From Patescibacteria group bacterium (GTDB taxonomy: Bacteria; Patescibacteriota; Patescibacteriia; UBA9934; GWF2-40-263), in the NCBI GenBank assembly GCA_004297215.1, contig SCUM01000001.1, forward strand, positions 143,456 to 207,455: a stretch of DNA of 64,000 bases, written 5' to 3'. Positions 58,837 through 64,000 of the stretch are shown here, one piece after another. The first letter of the stretch is position 1; every line of letters starts with the position of its first letter. Position numbers and translations under genes: made by a program. The notes under the pieces were generated by a model, which was not told the DNA's origin, did not search any database, and saw only the letters and a list, made by a program, of their open reading frames with translations.

Positions 58837-59582
58837 AGAATCCTATCCCAAATCACGAGGACCGGGAAGACGACGACGGCACGCAAAATCCGACCGATCC
58901 GACGCGGTTCCTGGATGAGCCGCCATGCCCATTCCATGCCCAGGCGACGCATCCAGGCCGGAGCTCGTCGGATGCGTCCTGAAAGGAACGCGAACGTGCC
59001 GCCGACTCCGATCGCGACTCGGACGGAGGGCAGCTTCGACAGGTGATCCGCAATCCATCGCTCTTGCTTCCCGTGGCCGAACGCCACGGCGAGGACGGCA
59101 GGCGCGAATGCCTGCACCCGTTCGACGAGATCAGCCGGTTGTCGCCAGGCCCCGTCCGCATCCCGGATGACCTGTCCGGGGTCGAGGGATATGACATCTG
59201 CGCCAGGAAACCGTCGAAGGGCCGCCTGGGCCGCGCGTTCACCCTCTTGAGGACCGCCCCCGAGGAACACCACTTTGAGCCGGCGCTCCGATGCGGCCGA
59301 CAATAGGGCCTCAAGCGCGTCCACGCCGGTCATCCGGGTCACGGAGTGACCCAGAAGCCAGGAGGCCGCCCACTGCACCCCTGCCCCATCGGCAAGGATG
59401 ATCGCGGAGCGGCTGATAAGGTCGCCTAGTGACCGTTCGGTCCGCGCCGCAAGCGCCATTTCCGGGTTGAGCGTCACCGCCTGCGATGGGTGGTCGCCAT
59501 CAAGAAGGCGGAGCAAGTCGCCTTTGGGATCCTTGACGGATAGCCGTAAGAGGTCGATGCCGAACCATCTCATGCCCGACAT
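58809..59582 (-). CDS. WecB/TagA/CpsF family glycosyltransferase
   Basis: MRWFGIDLL..AVTLNPEMAL...LADGAGVQWAS..KVVFLGGGP pattern. Confidence 0.75.
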   Translation of the reverse strand: MSGMRWFGIDLLRLSVKDPKGDLLRLLDGDHPSQAVTLNPEMALAARTERSLGDLISRSAIILADGAGVQWAASWLLGHSVTRMTGVDALEALLSAASERRLKVVFLGGGPQEGERAAQAALRRFPGADVISLDPGQVIRDADGAWRQPADLVERVQAFAPAVLAVAFGHGKQERWIADHLSKLPSVRVAIGVGGTFAFLSGRIRRAPAWMRRLGMEWAWRLIQEPRRIGRILRAVVVFPVLVIWDRILWRERPSGP

Positions 59583-59596
59583 CTTACAGGTTCCGA

Positions 59597-59636
59597 TTGA
59601 CAAGGCGAATTAGCACTCTATAATGGTGAGTGCTAA
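59597..59636 (+). promoter_or_regulatory. clpB promoter (TTGACA-16-TATAAT) overlapped by a perfect CIRCE element (TTAGCACTC-N9-GAGTGCTAA, 59610-59636), the HrcA operator
   Basis: -35 at 59597-59602, -10 at 59619-59624. 9-bp perfect inverted repeat with 9-nt spacer, ending 2 nt before the clpB ATG. Confidence 0.8.
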
Positions 59637-59637
59637 T

Positions 59638-62286
59638 ATGCTTCCCAATAATTTCACCCTCAAGTCCCAAGAAGCGCTCCAGGCCGCCCACCGCATCGCG
59701 GTGGAAAACGGGCAGCAGGCTCTCGAACCGCTCCATGTCCTTGCGGCATTGCTCGCGCAGGACGACGGCGTGGTCCCGGCGATCGTCAATAAGGTGGCCG
59801 GAGACCGGGCGGCGCTGCGTGCCCACGTGGATGATGCGATCGATGCCCTGCCGAAATCCAAGGGGCAGCGCATGCAGGCGAACGGGCAGCCCCAGGTATT
59901 CCTCACCCCGGAAACGGCCGAATGCCTGTCAGGCGCCGCGAACAAGGCAAAGCAATTCAAGGACGAGTTCATTTCCACCGAACATCTCCTGCTCGGCCTG
60001 ATGACGTCGAAGAGCGCCGGTCCCCTTCTCGCCCAAGCGGGGATTTCGGAGGAAGGCGTGATGCGCGCGCTCAAGGACATCCGCGGGAGCCAGCGGGTCG
60101 ATTCGGCGGAGCCTGAAGCCAAATACCAGGCGCTCAAGAAATACAGCCGCAACCTCACCGATGCCGCGCGCGCCGGCGAGCTTGATCCCATCATCGGCCG
60201 CGACGCGGAAATCCGCCGCGTGATGCAGGTGCTGTGCCGGCGCACCAAGAACAACCCGGTACTCATCGGCGAAGCGGGCGTCGGCAAGACGGCCGTCGTG
60301 GAGGGCCTCGCGCAGCGCATCGTAAGCGGCGACGTGCCGGAGCTCCTGAAGGACAAGGAGGTGGTGTCGCTCGACATCGGTTCCATGGTGGCCGGGACGA
60401 AATACCGCGGCGAGTTCGAGGACCGCCTCAAGGCGGTCACGAAGGAGATCGAGGAGAGCGGCGGGAAGATCGTGCTGTTCATCGACGAGCTGCACACGCT
60501 GGTTGGCGCCGGTACGACCGAGGGCGGCAGCCTCGACGCGAGCAACCTACTCAAGCCGGCGCTCGCCCGCGGCAAGCTGCGCGCGATCGGCGCGACGACC
60601 ACGAAGGAATACCAGCGCCATATCGAGAAGGACCCGGCGCTCGAACGGCGCTTCCAGCCGGTGGCCGTCGACGAGCCCTCGGTGGAAGATACGATCGCCA
60701 TCCTGCGCGGCATCAAGGAAAAATACGAGATCCACCACGGCATCCGCGTGAGCGACCCTGCCATCGTGTCCGCGGCCACGCTTTCGGACCGCTACATCAC
60801 CGACCGCCGCCTTCCGGACAAGGCGATCGACCTCATCGACGAGGCAGGCTCGGCGCTGCGCATGCAGATCGATTCCATGCCCGAGGAGCTCGACGTGGTG
60901 AAGCGCGACCTGATGCGCCTGGAAATCGAACGCAAGGCGCTTGAGAAGGAAGAAGACAAGGAATCCAAGGCGCGTCTGTCCGAAATCGAACGCCAGATCG
61001 CGGACATCCGTGAGAAGGCTGACGCGCTTGAGGGCCGTTGGAGGAACGAGAAGGATAAGATCGGCGAGATGCGCACGGTCAAGGAAGAACTCGAGTCCTT
61101 GAAGCTCGCGGCCGATGCGGCTGAACGCAAGGGGGCTCTCGATGTGGTGGCTGCCATCCGCTACGGCCAGATCCCCGACGCGGAGCGCCGCCTGAAGCTG
61201 GCCGAGGACCAGCTGCACGCGCTCCAGGCCGAACGCGGCATGCTCAAGCAGACGGTCACGGAGGAGGAGGTCGCGTCCGTCGTGTCGCGCTGGACGCACG
61301 TGCCCGTGTCCAAGATGCTCGAATCCGAGCTTACCAAGCTGGCGCGCATGGAGGAGGAGCTGCGCAAGCGCGTGGTCGGCCAAGAAGAAGCCGTCACCGC
61401 GGTCGCGAATGCCCTGCGCCGCTCCCGGGCCGGCATCGCCGAGGAGAACCGCCCGATCGGCAGCTTCATTTTCCTGGGTCCGACCGGGGTGGGAAAGACG
61501 GAATTGGCCCGTGCGCTCGCCGCGTTCATGTTCAACGACGAGTCCGCTCTCGTGCGTCTCGACATGTCCGAGTACATGGAGCGCCATGCCGCGAGCAAGA
61601 TCATCGGTTCCCCGCCCGGATACGTCGGGTACGACGAAGGCGGCCAGCTCACCGAAATCGTCCGCCGGCGCCCCTACTGCGTGATCCTGTTCGACGAGAT
61701 CGAAAAGGCGCACCCGGACACCTTCAACCTGCTCCTGCAGATCCTCGATGACGGGCATCTCACCGATTCCAAGGGTCGCAAGGTGAACTTCAAGAACACC
61801 GTGATCATCATGACCAGCAACCTGGGGTCCGACCTGATCCTGAACGCGGGCAAGGAAGGCGGCGCCATAGGGTTCGCGGACGAACGTCCGGCGGACGGCG
61901 GTGATTCGGCCGAGGTCAAGGAACGGGTCATGGCGCTCCTCAAGGATTCCTTCCGTCCGGAATTCTTGAACCGCGTGGACGAGATCATCATGTTCCATTC
62001 CCTCGCTGAGGAGGAAATCGGGCAGATCGTGGAGCTGCAGCTCGCCCGCGTGTTCGACCGGCTAAAGAAGCAGCGGGATATCGCCCTGACCGTGTCCCCG
62101 GCCGCCAGAAAGCTGCTGGCAGCCAAAGGCTACGACCCGTCGTATGGCGCCCGGCCCCTCAAACGGGTCATCCAGAGCCTTATTCTCGACCCGCTTTCGC
62201 TCATGCTCATCAAAGGCGAGGTGGCCGAAGGAGCGAACCTCACGATCGGGGCGAAAAACGACGAGATTGCCATCAAGAAGGAATAG
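59638..62286 (+). CDS. clpB: Chaperone ClpB (two AAA+ modules with M-domain coiled coil)
   Basis: [10 protein letters not shown] and [10 protein letters not shown] Walker A motifs, long middle coiled coil, C-terminal [10 protein letters not shown]. Confidence 0.95.
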   Translation: MLPNNFTLKSQEALQAAHRIAVENGQQALEPLHVLAALLAQDDGVVPAIVNKVAGDRAALRAHVDDAIDALPKSKGQRMQANGQPQVFLTPETAECLSGAANKAKQFKDEFISTEHLLLGLMTSKSAGPLLAQAGISEEGVMRALKDIRGSQRVDSAEPEAKYQALKKYSRNLTDAARAGELDPIIGRDAEIRRVMQVLCRRTKNNPVLIGEAGVGKTAVVEGLAQRIVSGDVPELLKDKEVVSLDIGSMVAGTKYRGEFEDRLKAVTKEIEESGGKIVLFIDELHTLVGAGTTEGGSLDASNLLKPALARGKLRAIGATTTKEYQRHIEKDPALERRFQPVAVDEPSVEDTIAILRGIKEKYEIHHGIRVSDPAIVSAATLSDRYITDRRLPDKAIDLIDEAGSALRMQIDSMPEELDVVKRDLMRLEIERKALEKEEDKESKARLSEIERQIADIREKADALEGRWRNEKDKIGEMRTVKEELESLKLAADAAERKGALDVVAAIRYGQIPDAERRLKLAEDQLHALQAERGMLKQTVTEEEVASVVSRWTHVPVSKMLESELTKLARMEEELRKRVVGQEEAVTAVANALRRSRAGIAEENRPIGSFIFLGPTGVGKTELARALAAFMFNDESALVRLDMSEYMERHAASKIIGSPPGYVGYDEGGQLTEIVRRRPYCVILFDEIEKAHPDTFNLLLQILDDGHLTDSKGRKVNFKNTVIIMTSNLGSDLILNAGKEGGAIGFADERPADGGDSAEVKERVMALLKDSFRPEFLNRVDEIIMFHSLAEEEIGQIVELQLARVFDRLKKQRDIALTVSPAARKLLAAKGYDPSYGARPLKRVIQSLILDPLSLMLIKGEVAEGANLTIGAKNDEIAIKKE

Positions 62287-62290
62287 CAGG

Positions 62291-62318
62291 GAAAGCGGCC
62301 TTCATCGGCCGCTTTTCG
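62291..62318 (+). terminator. Rho-independent terminator after clpB
   Basis: AAAGCGGCC-TTCATC-GGCCGCTTTTCG. Confidence 0.75.
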
Positions 62319-62366
62319 ATTTTCGATAATTTGGCTGAACACAGCATAAATATCCATCGTCCCCCC

Positions 62367-62395
62367 TTGACAAAATGCCCAAAAAGTGGTATATT
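62367..62395 (+). promoter_or_regulatory. Strong sigma70-like promoter with extended -10 (TTGACA-17-TGgTATATT)
   Basis: -35 at 62367-62372; -10 at 62390-62395 preceded by TG. Confidence 0.65.
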
Positions 62396-62401
62396 CGTTG
62401 C

Positions 62402-62554
62402 GTCGAAAATGATTCGACATTAGAGCGATGGTCCGAAAGGACCCAGGGAGTTCGAAGGCCCTGCCGCTCGCAAACCGAATCTTGAGGAGAGAGATAGGAC
62501 CTGTTTGTAAGAGACCTGTCTCTGCTGTCTAACAAACTGGTTTTTTATATCCCT
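62402..62554 (+). promoter_or_regulatory. ~150-nt structured leader ending in an intrinsic terminator (GTTTGT..ACAAAC plus T6 at 62503-62546) 9 nt before the start codon. Riboswitch/attenuator candidate.
   Basis: Hairpins GTCGAA-AATGAT-TCGAC, GGTCC-GAAA-GGACC, CAGGG-AGTTCGAAGG-CCCTG, then a terminator hairpin with a U-run. The downstream gene has no SD. Confidence 0.45.
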
Positions 62555-63064
62555 ATGACGATCTTCTCCACCATTCTCGCGACCCTCGTCTTCATCGGCG
62601 TTTCGGCTTCCCCGGTCCCCTTGGACCAGGCCCCTGCCCGCCAAAGCCTCGGCGACGGCGGGGCGACCCCGGCGTTTACGCCGGTGCCCGTGGCGGAGTC
62701 CGCCTCCGAGGTCGGTCCGGACCTGTCCGAGATCGTAAAGCCGGCTCCCAAGCCGAAGGCGATCGGCCGCAAGGTCACCGTCACGGCCTACACCTCGGAG
62801 CCCCGCCAGACCGACTCCACGCCGTGCATCTCCGCGGATAACTCCGACATCTGCGTGAAGTACGCCGCGGGCGAAAAGATCTGTGCCACCAACGACCACC
62901 CCATGCACGCCAAGCTCCATATCGAGGGGTACGGCGAGTGTACGGTGCGTGACCGCATGAACAAGCGCTACACCGGCACCGGCCGCGTGGACATCTACCT
63001 CGGGATGGACACCCCGGCCGCCCGCGTGTGGGGCGCGAAGTTCGTGAACGTGTCTCGGATCTAA
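62555..63064 (+). CDS. 3D-domain (MltA-like/YuiC-like) secreted cell-wall protein
   Basis: N-terminal TM/signal; KVTVTAYTSEPRQTDSTPCISA ... GECTVRDRMNKRYTGTGRVDIYL matches 3D-domain conserved Asp positions. Confidence 0.7.
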   Translation: MTIFSTILATLVFIGVSASPVPLDQAPARQSLGDGGATPAFTPVPVAESASEVGPDLSEIVKPAPKPKAIGRKVTVTAYTSEPRQTDSTPCISADNSDICVKYAAGEKICATNDHPMHAKLHIEGYGECTVRDRMNKRYTGTGRVDIYLGMDTPAARVWGAKFVNVSRI

Positions 63065-63203
63065 CCGGGAACGCCGAGGGCCATCGCTCTCGGCCCTTCC
63101 CTTCGGAGGCGAAGCAAGCGCTTAGCCTCCAAAGACGAAGGTTCGACATCCGCGATTCTTTCCCAATCCAAAAACAACGCAGAAACAGATCCTGGAGGGT
63201 CGC

Positions 63204-64000
63204 ATGGCAGATAAAAAGAGTCCTTCCGTCTCCTTTGGAGACGTGCTCGGAGTGGTCGCCCTCGCGATCGTCTTGTTCGTCGTGGTGGGAAAAGGTTGTT
63301 TCCCGGACACGGCCAGGGCGGCGACCATGACAGAGCAGGCGACGGCTTCGGCGCCTGCTCGTGTGCCGATGCAGTGGCACAACATGTTCTACTCCGTCTC
63401 GGCCTATTCGCCCAGCGAAGACGAGACGGACTCGACACCCTGTGAGTCCGCAGACGGGACGAACCCGTGCGAGCTGTACGCCCTCTACGTCGCGACCGAC
63501 GGCGAGGAGGGCGAGCTCACCTGCGCACAAAATGAACTCCCGTTCGGAACGCCCATGGACATCCCTGGGTATGGTCCCGAACACCTGCAGGAGAACGGGT
63601 TCGGACGATGCGTCGTCCATGACCGCATGAACGAACGGTTCAACGGCAAGTACCACCTCGATGTCTTCTTCCCCACCAAGGAAGAGGCGCTGAAGTGGGG
63701 CAGGCAGACGCGGAGGGCCGTTTACTGGACCCCCGTCTCCAGTGATGACGGCACCGGTTGGGCCTGTCCGACCGAAGAACAAGAAATGACGTCCGGCTGG
63801 GGCATGCGCAAGCTCAAGCAGCGAAAGCATGCCAAATTCCACCTAGGCATGGACCTAGAGGCGGACGCGGGCGACAAGACGTTCGCGGTCACGGCCGGGA
63901 AGGTGACCCATGCCGGAAGCTTCGGCGATTGTGGGCAGACGATCGACGTCACCCATGATGACGGAGTGATGACGCGCTACTGCCACCACGCAAGCCTGAC
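63204..64000 (+). CDS. 3D-domain plus M23-peptidase fusion protein (partial, continues beyond the window)
   Basis: SD GGAGGG 7 nt upstream. YSPSEDETDSTPCESA...GRCVVHDRMNERFNGKYHLDVFF (3D), then TSGWGMRK..HLGMDLEA..THAG (start of M23). Not in the track because no stop lies in the window. Confidence 0.7.
   Translation, partial: MADKKSPSVSFGDVLGVVALAIVLFVVVGKGCFPDTARAATMTEQATASAPARVPMQWHNMFYSVSAYSPSEDETDSTPCESADGTNPCELYALYVATDGEEGELTCAQNELPFGTPMDIPGYGPEHLQENGFGRCVVHDRMNERFNGKYHLDVFFPTKEEALKWGRQTRRAVYWTPVSSDDGTGWACPTEEQEMTSGWGMRKLKQRKHAKFHLGMDLEADAGDKTFAVTAGKVTHAGSFGDCGQTIDVTHDDGVMTRYCHHASL

Noticed and set aside
62402-62495. Assigning the leader specifically to the ydaO (c-di-AMP) or GEMM (c-di-GMP) riboswitch class
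   Set aside because: Context fits ydaO-yuiC, and the CGCAAACC segment is reminiscent of GEMM. However, I could not align the conserved ydaO or GEMM cores by eye, so the class is left open as riboswitch/attenuator candidate.

Overview
High-GC (~65-70%) bacterial chromosomal segment carrying mostly housekeeping genes. These include a complete F1Fo ATP synthase operon (atpZ-like, atpBEFHAGDC), mreBCD-mrdA, gnd-zwf and pgi, several aminoacyl-tRNA synthetases (metG, lysS, gltX), rRNA methyltransferases (rsmB/F-like, rlmN, rsmI), two greA paralogs, nirK, sod-prx, clpB preceded by a perfect CIRCE, and a znuCB-like ABC pair. The most notable region lies directly 3' of a tRNA-Asn(GTT) gene at 1747-1821. 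A ~5.8 kb AT-richer block (about 1822-7582) ends in an imperfect direct repeat of the tRNA 3' end. It carries a ThsB-like TIR protein plus a DUF4231/SLATT two-TM protein, a candidate Thoeris-like signalling/effector pair without a canonical ThsA, followed by a Type III restriction-modification mod/res pair. Immediately 5' of the tRNA, a small GIY-YIG (YhbQ-like) nuclease gene is bracketed by two 52-nt direct repeats that are copies of the tRNA-Asn 5' end interrupted by a 32-nt hairpin. Other observations:
- A dispersed ~60-nt intergenic repeat family with five copies, one of them in-frame inside atpG.
- A long imperfect palindrome between rsmI and metG.
- A sigma70-like promoter, ~150-nt structured leader and intrinsic terminator upstream of a 3D-domain cell-wall gene, which is a riboswitch/attenuator candidate.
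- Several gene pairs with no recognisable domains.
All calls are from reading the sequence and translations; no database searches were run.
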